In this document: in pieces, positions 26,217 through 33,639 of the stretch
Numbering within the stretch: the stretch's first letter is position 1
Layout of the letters: every line of letters begins with the position of its first letter
From: Patescibacteria group bacterium
Lineage (GTDB): Bacteria; Patescibacteriota; Patescibacteriia; UBA2591; UBA4787
Assembly (NCBI GenBank): GCA_049971355.1
Contig: JBMFLE010000002.1
Span: 1-36,074 of the forward strand
Length of the DNA: 36,074 nt
Direction of reading: 5' to 3'
The notes under the pieces: generated by a model
Seen by the model: only the letters and a program-made list of their open reading frames with translations
Told to the model about the DNA's origin: nothing
Databases searched by the model: none
Position numbers and translations under genes: made by a program

Positions 26217-26597
26217 TTAACACTCTTCTTCTTGTATTTTTAAAGTGATGACATTTAGACCTCTTTGGATTGCTTTTTTTCGAATTTTTTCTGCTTCTTC
26301 TTCGATTGTATTTCTACATTCTTTTTCAAAAGCCTCTTTATTTTCGTAATAAGCTTTTACCAGCGCCTCATAGCACTGTTTTATATAAAAAGCTTTGATT
26401 GCTGGTGCTTGTAGTTCAATTCTTCCTTCTAATATATAATTTCCAGAAAGAGGAAATTCTGTTTTAATCATGATCGGCTTAATTGTTATGTTATTTAATT
26501 TCTTTTTTTGGGCCTCAAGAAAAAACAAATTAAGCGTTGGGTAAAATTGAAAAAGTTCGCAAAATTTTAAAATGACCTCATTGAATATTTTATGCAT
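26217..26597 (-). CDS. Hypothetical protein, paralog B of the orphan pair
   Basis: I moved the start to ATG 26597 (MHKIFNEV...), which is preceded by AAGGAGG. The track start 26630 lies in what aligns with the 5' leader of paralog A. Confidence 0.6.
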   Translation of the reverse strand: MHKIFNEVILKFCELFQFYPTLNLFFLEAQKKKLNNITIKPIMIKTEFPLSGNYILEGRIELQAPAIKAFYIKQCYEALVKAYYENKEAFEKECRNTIEEEAEKIRKKAIQRGLNVITLKIQEEEC

Positions 26598-26634
26598 TTG
26601 CCACCTCCTTATTAAAATTTTAAGAGCCATTTTT

Positions 26635-26694
26635 AGATTATTCCGATTTAATTCTTTGTCAAATAAAAAGATGGCGATTAATCGCCATCTTTTT
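26635..26694 (-). repeat. Terminator plus promoter cassette, copy 2
   Basis: It has the same palindromic hairpin and the same TTGACA-16-TAATCT as copy 1. The stop codon of ORF 26678..27151 (...KDGD*) lies inside the hairpin. Confidence 0.8.
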
Positions 26695-27151
26695 GGTTTT
26701 GGATTTTCTTTTTAAATATATGATATTTGCCGTCATTCTTTGTAAAACCGATAAAACATTTCAATCTGATTCTATCGGTCAGCAAAAATTTTCGATAATA
26801 TTTTAACTTATTTTTTGTGCTTCTTGTTAAGGAACGATAAACACTTTCAAGATATCGTTTATCGAATGTCTGGGGTTCAATTTTTTTATGAAACCAGATG
26901 CGAGATAAAATATAAACAATAACTGGTATTCCAATGCGAGCAAGACTGGAGCGTATGGGTTTTGGTGAAGCGTCTACGATAACACATTCTTTGCCAATTG
27001 CCAGATAGAACAGTAATTCATCGCTTAATTGAGCAAAAAGATGATTCCAATGTTTTCCTTCGATGTGAGAAGATTGGATGCGGGTGATATGGGGATATTT
27101 TGAGATATCAACTATTTCTAAACCATTGGTTAAATTATAAAAATGGATCAT
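26678..27151 (-). CDS. Hypothetical protein (157 aa, basic C-terminal half)
   Basis: SD GAGGAGG overlaps the stop of the upstream gene, so the two are translationally coupled. No motif recognised. Confidence 0.55.
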   Translation of the reverse strand: MIHFYNLTNGLEIVDISKYPHITRIQSSHIEGKHWNHLFAQLSDELLFYLAIGKECVIVDASPKPIRSSLARIGIPVIVYILSRIWFHKKIEPQTFDKRYLESVYRSLTRSTKNKLKYYRKFLLTDRIRLKCFIGFTKNDGKYHIFKKKIQNQKDGD

Positions 27152-27161
27152 GATCGCCTCC

Positions 27162-27530
27162 TCATCTTAAACTTCTAAAAATTCTATTAATGTCCTGTTG
27201 GGAACTGCTGGATTGAGGAGTTGTTTTGCCCGTAACAACAAAATCACCTTCTTTTATTTCGCCATAAAGAATTTCTTTTATTTCTGTGTATTGGCCATCG
27301 CTAATACCAATACGGATTAAAACTGGTCTTAAATTTTTGCCGTTTTCATCAGAAAGCCAAATTAATCGTATGTCCGGATCGAGCTTTTTTAGATCAATTA
27401 TTTCCTTTTTTTGATCAAGAGATACTTGAGTGGTTGAAAGATTATCGGATTTTTTCCTGACGATGACAAAAAGAATTGTCAAAAGAATCATTATTAAAAT
27501 TACTAAGGCGATAAATATTTTTCTTTTCAT
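27162..27530 (-). CDS. Small membrane-anchored protein with an efflux-adaptor (HlyD/MacA)-like C-terminal motif
   Basis: 122 aa with an N-terminal TM helix. RPVLIRIGISDGQYTEIKEILYGEIKEGDFVVTG resembles the terminal beta-barrel of membrane-fusion proteins, but the protein is far too short to be a full adaptor. Confidence 0.45.
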   Translation of the reverse strand: MKRKIFIALVILIMILLTILFVIVRKKSDNLSTTQVSLDQKKEIIDLKKLDPDIRLIWLSDENGKNLRPVLIRIGISDGQYTEIKEILYGEIKEGDFVVTGKTTPQSSSSQQDINRIFRSLR

Positions 27531-27589
27531 GCGAAACCCCCTTCTTTAATTTTTTAAATGCCATCTATAATTTATCATGATTTTTTAAA

Positions 27590-27614
27590 AAAACAAGAAG
27601 CCCTTTTATAGGGC
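27590..27614 (-). terminator. Weak terminator after ORF 27636..28049
   Basis: The minus strand reads GCCCT-ATAAA-AGGGC followed by TTCTTGTTTTTTT. Confidence 0.35.
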
Positions 27615-27635
27615 CTCTTTATTAAATTATAATTT

Positions 27636-28049
27636 TTAAAAGCTTCCTTCTGAAAAATTGCCAAAGAATTCTAAGAGGCAATTTTTAATGGCGTTTAATT
27701 CTTCTTGACTTAATTTTTCTTCCTGGAATCTGTAGGCTTCCCAACTGCGGAAAACAGGCTCTTTTTTACCCAGTTTAAATTCGAAAATAAATTGAGCAGT
27801 AAAGTCATTATGATCGGGGATAAATCTCCGATGAATATTGAAAATTAATTGGTATAAATTGAAACGACAATAATATCTATAACTGGTACTAACTTCATAA
27901 ATTTTCTGGCATCCATTACTTGTTTTGTTGATTTTTTTAGTATCAATGGGAATGTTAGTAATTCTACTATTTAATATTTTTTCAATGACGGGAGCAATGA
28001 TCTCCTCTCCTAAAATTTGAATAGTTAAAAAACAATCATGTTTTTTCAT
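27636..28049 (-). CDS. Hypothetical protein (137 aa)
   Basis: It has a strong SD (AAGGAGG) and is the first gene downstream of the tRNA-His 3' end. No motif recognised. Confidence 0.55.
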   Translation of the reverse strand: MKKHDCFLTIQILGEEIIAPVIEKILNSRITNIPIDTKKINKTSNGCQKIYEVSTSYRYYCRFNLYQLIFNIHRRFIPDHNDFTAQFIFEFKLGKKEPVFRSWEAYRFQEEKLSQEELNAIKNCLLEFFGNFSEGSF

Positions 28050-28143
28050 TCTATTCCTCCTTTTTTGAAATTTTTAAGTTCCGCCTTAAGTTTAATTAAT
28101 TTTAAAAATTAAGCAAGAAAAACCCCCTTGAGATTAGGAGGTT

Positions 28144-28220
28144 TGGGGTGGCCTAGGGGATTTGAACCCCTGACCTCCTCGGCCACAACGAGGCGTTCTA
28201 GCCGCTGAACTAAGGCCACC
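28144..28220 (-). tRNA. tRNA-His (anticodon GTG) with encoded G-1 and encoded CCA
   Basis: The reverse complement is GGTGGCCTTAGTTCAGCGGCTAGAACGCCTCGTTGTGGCCGAGGAGGTCAGGGGTTCAAATCCCCTAGGCCACCCCA. It folds as a cloverleaf: acceptor GTGGCCT/AGGCCAC, anticodon arm CCTCG-TTGTGGC-CGAGG, T-arm AGGGG-TTCAAAT-CCCCT. The extra 5' G opposite C73 is the His identity element. Confidence 0.93.
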
Positions 28221-28263
28221 ATTGCTAAAATAATTTTAATCTTTGAAGATGATTTTGTCAAAA

Positions 28264-28563
28264 TTATCTATTTACACAAGTTTTACCATCAAAACATTTA
28301 TTAGGACCGCAATCACAGATTTGGACTATGTGGCTTTTGTCTGGTGCGCAACCACAAGCGCCAATTAAGCAAGTATCAGGGAAATTAGAAGTGTTTAGAC
28401 AACAGGAAGCAGAAACAACCTGGCCGCCGCTCTCTAAACAATTTTTTAAAGCAATTTGTTCTTGTGGTAGAGGAGCTTTTTTATTTAAAACCATAATGGC
28501 AATACTTAATAAAAAAGCAACAATCGCTAAAATTAAAACTATTTTACCAAGAACTTTTTTCAT
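28264..28563 (-). CDS. Small secreted or anchored cysteine-rich protein
   Basis: 99 aa with an N-terminal hydrophobic helix. The ~60-aa mature part has 11 Cys (CLESGGQVVSASCCLNTSNFPDTCLIGACGCAPDKSHIVQICDCGPNKCFDGKTC). Confidence 0.6.
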   Translation of the reverse strand: MKKVLGKIVLILAIVAFLLSIAIMVLNKKAPLPQEQIALKNCLESGGQVVSASCCLNTSNFPDTCLIGACGCAPDKSHIVQICDCGPNKCFDGKTCVNR

Positions 28564-28631
28564 TGACCCTCTTTTTATTCGACTATTCTATTATAGCATA
28601 AATTATATTATAATGAAAATAAATAAATTTT

Positions 28632-28862
28632 ATGTGCTTGGCAACACCAATGAGAATTATAAAAATTGAAAAGGATAAGGCAGTAGTTCAAGGAGAAGGT
28701 CACACTCATATTGTCGATATTTCTTTAATAAAAGAGAAAAAACCAAAAAAAGGCGATTTTGTTTTGGCCCACGGCGATTTGGCGATTCACAAACTACCCT
28801 TGAAAGAAGCGAAAAAAATATTAAATTTTATAAAGGCCAGTCATCATGACAGCCATCACTAA
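28632..28862 (+). CDS. hypC: [NiFe] hydrogenase maturation chaperone HypC/HupF
   Basis: 76 aa. It has the invariant N-terminal MCLATP (Cys2) and GDFVLAHGDLAIHKL motifs, and a His-rich C-terminus. Confidence 0.88.
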   Translation: MCLATPMRIIKIEKDKAVVQGEGHTHIVDISLIKEKKPKKGDFVLAHGDLAIHKLPLKEAKKILNFIKASHHDSHH

Positions 28863-28887
28863 AAGCTCTTTAAAAAGGAGGGATAAA

Positions 28888-29514
28888 ATGGAAGGGGAAG
28901 GATTAAAATTAGCTGCTAAATATTCTTATGTTTGCGAGAAAGCTCGTTTGCTTAAATTTTCCAATGATTTGTATGATTATTTCCGTCATGGCAAAGGTGA
29001 AGCGGAAAGAATTGAAAAAATTTTAAAAAACCTTTTAAGTTATGATTTTTATCGCCGAATCGCCCAGTTAAATCACAAAGAACCATTTGATGAAGAAGTC
29101 GTTTCTTTTTATTGGAAAGGCAATCCAGAATTAAAAGGAGAGGAGTGGATTCATAATGCTTCGACTTTGATTCCTATCATTCAGATAAAAATGCATCAAA
29201 TTGTTGAAGAGTTAGTTGATGATTGTGTTGTTCATCCAGCTAAAATTAGCGACAAAATTTCAAATAGGGAGTGGTGGGTAATTTATCAACCAATTACGAA
29301 AACATTAAAAAAGGACAAATTGACTTTGGGTCCGAAAGTTGAATTGATTGTTCAAAATGAGCTAGATTTAGATTTAAAAGAAGGCGATTGGGTGACTGTT
29401 CATTTCCGCAAAGTTATTGAAAAAATTTCTCAAAAAGAAGCAGATAAATTATTGCAGTTGACAAAAGAAGCTCTGAGAAATTTCAATAAGAAAAATAAAC
29501 AAAAGGCTCGCTAG
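28888..29514 (+). CDS. Hypothetical protein coupled to hypC
   Basis: I chose ATG 28888, preceded by AGGAGGG; the track start 28846 overlaps hypC. 208 aa. The C-terminal EGDWVTVHFRKVIEKISQKEA loosely echoes the HypC GDxVLVHxGxAI...EA motif. Confidence 0.55.
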   Translation: MEGEGLKLAAKYSYVCEKARLLKFSNDLYDYFRHGKGEAERIEKILKNLLSYDFYRRIAQLNHKEPFDEEVVSFYWKGNPELKGEEWIHNASTLIPIIQIKMHQIVEELVDDCVVHPAKISDKISNREWWVIYQPITKTLKKDKLTLGPKVELIVQNELDLDLKEGDWVTVHFRKVIEKISQKEADKLLQLTKEALRNFNKKNKQKAR

Positions 29515-29534
29515 GCGAGCCCTTTTCTTTTTTT
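29501..29534. terminator. Bidirectional terminator between the hypC unit and the convergent hydrogenase operon
   Basis: AAAAGGCTCGC-TAG-GCGAGCCCTTTTCTTTTTTT. The TAG stop of the upstream ORF forms the loop. Confidence 0.75.
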
Positions 29535-29548
29535 AGAGAATATCAATT

Positions 29549-30742
29549 TTAGTGCACTGAACAAGTGATGCAAGGGTCATAAGCCCTTACCAGCATATTA
29601 AGCAATTTTTCTTTTTCTTTTTGCGATCGAGAGGCGTGTTGTTCAATAAGTAATTGAGCGGTTTTTTCGATTGAAGTAAGATTTTGGACGGTTGGCGTAA
29701 TGATGTTTATGTAAGTAATAAAGCCTTTTTCATCAACGTGAATTTCATGATAGAGGCCGCCGCGAGGTGCTTCTACTGCACCAATACCTTGAGAGTTTTT
29801 TTGCCAATTTGGCTTAGCTTGATGAGGAATGTTTTTTAGATCAAATTCCAAAAGTTTTTTAATAATTTTTTGGGCTTTTTGATGATAGAGTTTAATTTCG
29901 ATGGCTTGAGCAAGGTTGTTATGAAATGGATTTTGAAAATCCAAATTTTTATTTTGGGATTTTTCGAAATATAAACGCGCCAAAGCGCCAACCATTACTT
30001 CTCGGCCATGGAATTTAGAAAACTTGGCAGTTGAAAACTCTCTAATTTCTTCTTCAATTGCTGTTTTGTAATCATTTATTGATACTGTTTCACCTTTGCT
30101 AGAATAAATTAAATCGTTTTTAATCGCTACTAATTCCAAATCAACTTTTAAATCTGGATAATTTAAATTTTCACAGAATTTTTCCAGCCAATGAGTAATT
30201 TCTTCGGTTTTTTCTAATTCCGAGAGCATTCTTTTCAAATCTTTTTGAGTTGGCAATTTATTGAAGCCACCGAGAGTTGGAGTTGTTGGATGGACATTAC
30301 GTCCAGCAGAAACAAAAGCTAAATTATCAGCTAAAGCCTTTAAAGCTAAAGCATTTTGGAAGGCTTTCGGATTTTTATTTTTTAATTCTGTGCCGCGATC
30401 AATACCTAGATAATCAGGCAGAGCTAAGAAAAATAGATGCAGGGCGTGGCTTTGGATCATTTGGGCGCATTGCATTAGTTCTCTTAAAAGTTTCATTGGT
30501 TCGGATAATTTAATTTGGGCGGCATTTTCTAAAGCTGAAATAGAAGCTAAATTATGAGCAATTGGACAGACACCACAAATGCGGGGAGTGACCCAATAGG
30601 CTTCTTCAGCTGGTCGGCCAACTAACAATCCTTCAAACAATCTTTCTCCCTCAGCCACCTCCAAAATTACTTTATTATTCTTCCAATCGACTTTTAAATT
30701 GCCATGACCTTCAATTTTAGCAATAAATTCATTGGTTATCAT
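29549..30742 (-). CDS. hydA: [NiFe] hydrogenase large (alpha) subunit, group 3b-like
   Basis: 397 aa. The N-terminal Ni-binding motif is RICGVCPIAH and the C-terminal motif is DPCITCSVH. The ORF stops immediately after the final His. Confidence 0.9.
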   Translation of the reverse strand: MITNEFIAKIEGHGNLKVDWKNNKVILEVAEGERLFEGLLVGRPAEEAYWVTPRICGVCPIAHNLASISALENAAQIKLSEPMKLLRELMQCAQMIQSHALHLFFLALPDYLGIDRGTELKNKNPKAFQNALALKALADNLAFVSAGRNVHPTTPTLGGFNKLPTQKDLKRMLSELEKTEEITHWLEKFCENLNYPDLKVDLELVAIKNDLIYSSKGETVSINDYKTAIEEEIREFSTAKFSKFHGREVMVGALARLYFEKSQNKNLDFQNPFHNNLAQAIEIKLYHQKAQKIIKKLLEFDLKNIPHQAKPNWQKNSQGIGAVEAPRGGLYHEIHVDEKGFITYINIITPTVQNLTSIEKTAQLLIEQHASRSQKEKEKLLNMLVRAYDPCITCSVH

Positions 30743-31487
30743 ATTTAATATCTTTTTTGTGAAACATTGAGAGATATAAAGCGACGGTTTTTTTATCGGC
30801 GATTTTTTCTAAAATTTTGATAAGAGCTTCAAAGTTGGCGCCATCGCGAAGACCAAAGCAACCATAACAGGCTGAACCACCGGAAATACAAATCGCACCA
30901 CAACCATTTTTAGTTATCGGTCCTAAACAAGGCAATCCTTTAAGAAGGCGACATTCATTGCCGGCTTTTTTACAGTCATAGCAAACTGGATAATCATAGG
31001 GATAAGGTTTTTTGCCAGCGATGAAGGCTTCAAAAATTTTTAAAATTTCATTCTCATCAACTGGACAGCCGTTAATAATTACATCCACTGGCACATAAGC
31101 GGAAAGAGGTTGGGCTTCAATGCCACGCGGTTTGTAATTCGGACCGTAAATTTTTTGGTACCAATATTGTCTTTCTTTTTCAGATAAAATGGCGGGAATG
31201 CCACCCAAAGCTGCACAGGTTCCAAAAGCAATAAGAATTTTAGAATTTTCCCGAATGGATTTAAGCAATTCCACTTCTTCTGGCATAATTGGTGTTCCTT
31301 CAACAATCGCGATATCATATGGGCCGGGGTTGAACTTTTCTTGACCTAAACGCCAAGCAAGAATTTCAAAATTTTCCTCAAGTTTCAAAAATTTTTCTCG
31401 CAAAGAAACTAATTTTACTTGGCAACCTTCACAGTCAGTAAAGTCAAAAATACCAACCGAAATTTTTTTATTTATTTTTTTAGTCAT
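30729..31487 (-). CDS. hydD: [NiFe] hydrogenase small (delta) subunit
   Basis: I chose the start at 31487 (MTKKINKKISVGIFDFTDCEGCQ), which overlaps the gamma subunit stop by 8 nt. Cluster ligands are DCEGCQ, GTCAALGGIP and INGCP, plus a C-terminal Cys-rich FeS region. Confidence 0.88.
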   Translation of the reverse strand: MTKKINKKISVGIFDFTDCEGCQVKLVSLREKFLKLEENFEILAWRLGQEKFNPGPYDIAIVEGTPIMPEEVELLKSIRENSKILIAFGTCAALGGIPAILSEKERQYWYQKIYGPNYKPRGIEAQPLSAYVPVDVIINGCPVDENEILKIFEAFIAGKKPYPYDYPVCYDCKKAGNECRLLKGLPCLGPITKNGCGAICISGGSACYGCFGLRDGANFEALIKILEKIADKKTVALYLSMFHKKDIKYDNQ

Positions 31488-32295
31488 GGCTATTTTCGAT
31501 TTCATCATAAGTAAAAACCGGACCATTTAAGCAAACATAATTTTTGCCACACGTGCAATGTTGGCATTTGCCAATGCCGCACTGCATTTTTCTTTCCATA
31601 TTAACAAAAATTCGACGGTCGGAAATGCCCAGGGGTTTTAAAATTTTTTCTAAAGCATCCATCATTGGGCCCGGACCGCACATAGCAGCGACAGCATCTA
31701 ATTCATTAATTTTAATTTCTTTTACTAAATCCGAAACAAAACCAACGGGACCTTGCCAATTTGGGTGGGGTTTGTCAATTGTTAGAATAACGTTGATTGA
31801 TTTTTTCCAGTGTTCAATGCGATCTTTTAGTAATAATTCTTCAGGACTTTTAGCGCCATAAAGTAGATAGACATTACCAAAATGTTCCCGATGGACAATA
31901 ATATATTCAATTAAAGAGGCGATCGGTGGGATGCCGCAGCCACCAGTAACCAGAACAACGTCTTTTTCTTTCATAAAATCAATTGGAAAACCGTTGCCAT
32001 AAGGACCGCGAATTTCGATTAAATCTCCGGCTTGAAGAGTGTGCAAATAATTAGTGACATTGCCGGCTTTGCGAATAGCGAATTCAACATATTTTTTTTC
32101 ATAAGGAGAGGAGAGGGCGCCAAAAGGAGCCTCGCCGTAACCCGTTTCGCCAATTAAAAAGAATTGGCCAGGAATAAAAATCATTCCATCTTTGTTTTTG
32201 GGAAATTTATTTTCGAGTCGGAAAAGTTTAACGGTGGGCGATTCTTCTTTAACTTCTTTAATTTTAACTATTTTTGGGAGATAGAGATTTTTCAT
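31480..32295 (-). CDS. hydG: Hydrogenase gamma subunit (PyrK-like FAD/NAD(P)-binding, C-terminal 2Fe-2S)
   Basis: 271 aa. PGQFFLI (flavin), LVTGGCGIPP (NAD) and the C-terminal CGIGKCQHCTC...C cluster motif. Confidence 0.85.
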   Translation of the reverse strand: MKNLYLPKIVKIKEVKEESPTVKLFRLENKFPKNKDGMIFIPGQFFLIGETGYGEAPFGALSSPYEKKYVEFAIRKAGNVTNYLHTLQAGDLIEIRGPYGNGFPIDFMKEKDVVLVTGGCGIPPIASLIEYIIVHREHFGNVYLLYGAKSPEELLLKDRIEHWKKSINVILTIDKPHPNWQGPVGFVSDLVKEIKINELDAVAAMCGPGPMMDALEKILKPLGISDRRIFVNMERKMQCGIGKCQHCTCGKNYVCLNGPVFTYDEIENSHD

Positions 32296-32878
32296 AATCA
32301 GCTAAGATAGTTTTTAAAACTTTTAAAATATCAATTTGCGCTGGGCAATTTTTATGGCAACGACCGCAGCCAACGCAAAGAGATTTTCCCCATTCATAAT
32401 AACCGCGGACGAATTTATGATAAAACCAATTATAATAGCGTTGTTTTAATTCTTTTCGGAAATTATGACCGCCAGCAACAAGAGCAAAATCGTTTAAAGT
32501 ACAAGCGGTCCATTTACGAATCCGATAACTTTTGCCATCAAGCGTTTTATTATCTTCCCAGGAAAAACAGTAGCATAAAGGACACATAAAAGTACAAATG
32601 CCGCAACCCAAACAAGTTTTTGCCAATTCATCCCAAATCGGATGATTTTCTGACCATTCAACAGCTTTAGCTAATTTTTCGGGATCTAAGAGTAATTGCC
32701 GCATTTCTAAATGCCATTCGTCATTTTTTTGTGAAATTGGAGAGCTAATCTCAATATTTTCTACTTCTTCAAAAATTTTTTTGTATTTTTTCAACCATTT
32801 TTCTTCTTTTTTACTTTTGAGCCAGACGCGATAGGAATCGCTGTTAATTTTTTGAAAAACAATCTCGCCACCTGGCAA
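32264..32878 (-). CDS. hydB: Hydrogenase beta subunit (HydB/AsrA-like), C-terminal fragment with two 4Fe-4S motifs
   Basis: 204 aa from a TTG start. CLGCGICTFMCPLC and CVGCGRCHKNCP. It is in the same frame as 32951..33268, separated by 25 codons that contain two TAA. Confidence 0.75.
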   Translation of the reverse strand: MPGGEIVFQKINSDSYRVWLKSKKEEKWLKKYKKIFEEVENIEISSPISQKNDEWHLEMRQLLLDPEKLAKAVEWSENHPIWDELAKTCLGCGICTFMCPLCYCFSWEDNKTLDGKSYRIRKWTACTLNDFALVAGGHNFRKELKQRYYNWFYHKFVRGYYEWGKSLCVGCGRCHKNCPAQIDILKVLKTILADYEKSLSPKNS

Positions 32879-32950
32879 ACTATCGATAAGACCTTGTTAT
32901 CTCTTGTCTGTAGTATATGATGGTGAAAAGGGGCGTGCTTTAGTTAAGCT

Positions 32951-33268
32951 TTATGATTCTTCAATTAAACCAATAACAATACTTTGATTGCGGCGTTGAA
33001 AGTAAAAATAATCTTCAATCGGTTTCGCCATTATTTCATCCAGTTGATTTAAGGCCTCAAGTTCGTAAAAATTTAATCCAAAAAGCACCAATGGCTTTGG
33101 TTTTCCTGCCACCTTTATTTTATTTTTTCGTCTTTCAAAAATTTTTTCTTCAGGTGGAAGAAAATATTGTTTAAAAGGCAATAAATCATTCCGAACATCA
33201 AACACTTGGTATTTTTCCGATAGTTTTTCTAAAAATGTTTTAATATTTTGCTCTTTGATAACAAGCAT
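32951..33268 (-). CDS. hydB: Hydrogenase beta subunit (HydB/AsrA-like), N-terminal fragment
   Basis: 105 aa. ...FLEKLSEKYQVFDV...PFKQYFLPPEEKIF...LVLFGLNFYELEALNQLDEIM...DYFYFQRRNQSIVIG follows the N-terminal pattern of AsrA/HydB-type subunits. Confidence 0.7.
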   Translation of the reverse strand: MLVIKEQNIKTFLEKLSEKYQVFDVRNDLLPFKQYFLPPEEKIFERRKNKIKVAGKPKPLVLFGLNFYELEALNQLDEIMAKPIEDYFYFQRRNQSIVIGLIEES

Positions 33269-33306
33269 TATTTTTATTATACCGCGAAATAAAAATTAGA
33301 AAAAGA

Positions 33307-33564
33307 TTAGTGAATCGTTTCTTCTTTATCTTCGTAAAGCCATTTCTTGAAAGTTTCTTTCAGAAGTTCCGGATCTTTAATCAGTTCTTTTATTTCATCG
33401 GCTTTTTCTTCAACCAGCTGGCGGAAAAGCGGCGAATATCTTTCAATCCATTCAAATTTATCCATTCCCGATTCTTTAATTAAGTCTCTTTGCAATAACA
33501 AATCCCATCCTGTTTGTAAATAAGGATTGTCGATTTTATGCATTTCGGGCATAGAGTTATTCAT
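33307..33564 (-). CDS. Hypothetical acidic 85-aa protein upstream of the hydrogenase operon
   Basis: An ORF with no recognisable motif, on the same strand as the hydrogenase genes. Confidence 0.45.
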   Translation of the reverse strand: MNNSMPEMHKIDNPYLQTGWDLLLQRDLIKESGMDKFEWIERYSPLFRQLVEEKADEIKELIKDPELLKETFKKWLYEDKEETIH

Positions 33565-33604
33565 ACATTTTTATTATAACATTTTGGAGGCAAAATGTAT
33601 AGAC

Positions 33605-33633
33605 TTGACAAAATGGATATTGTTTGCTATAAT
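33605..33633 (+). promoter_or_regulatory. Consensus sigma70 promoter with extended -10
   Basis: TTGACA (33605-10), 17-nt spacer, TGc-TATAAT (33625-33). Every consensus position is matched. Confidence 0.75.
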
Positions 33634-33639
33634 AAAATC

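Noticed and set aside
26146-26694. CRISPR-like reading of the repeated 49-nt palindromic element
   Set aside because: There are only two copies, about 490 nt apart, separated by a protein-coding gene. The element functions plausibly as a terminator plus promoter, and there are no cas genes.
25500-28143. Direct repeat of the tRNA-His 3' end marking an integrated element
   Set aside because: I looked for a second copy of GGATTTGAACCCC / TGGGGTGGCC near the far side of the islet (25.5-25.7 kb). I found only a weak partial resemblance (GTGGATTTCGCC) at the rny start. There is no integrase either, so an att-flanked island cannot be claimed.
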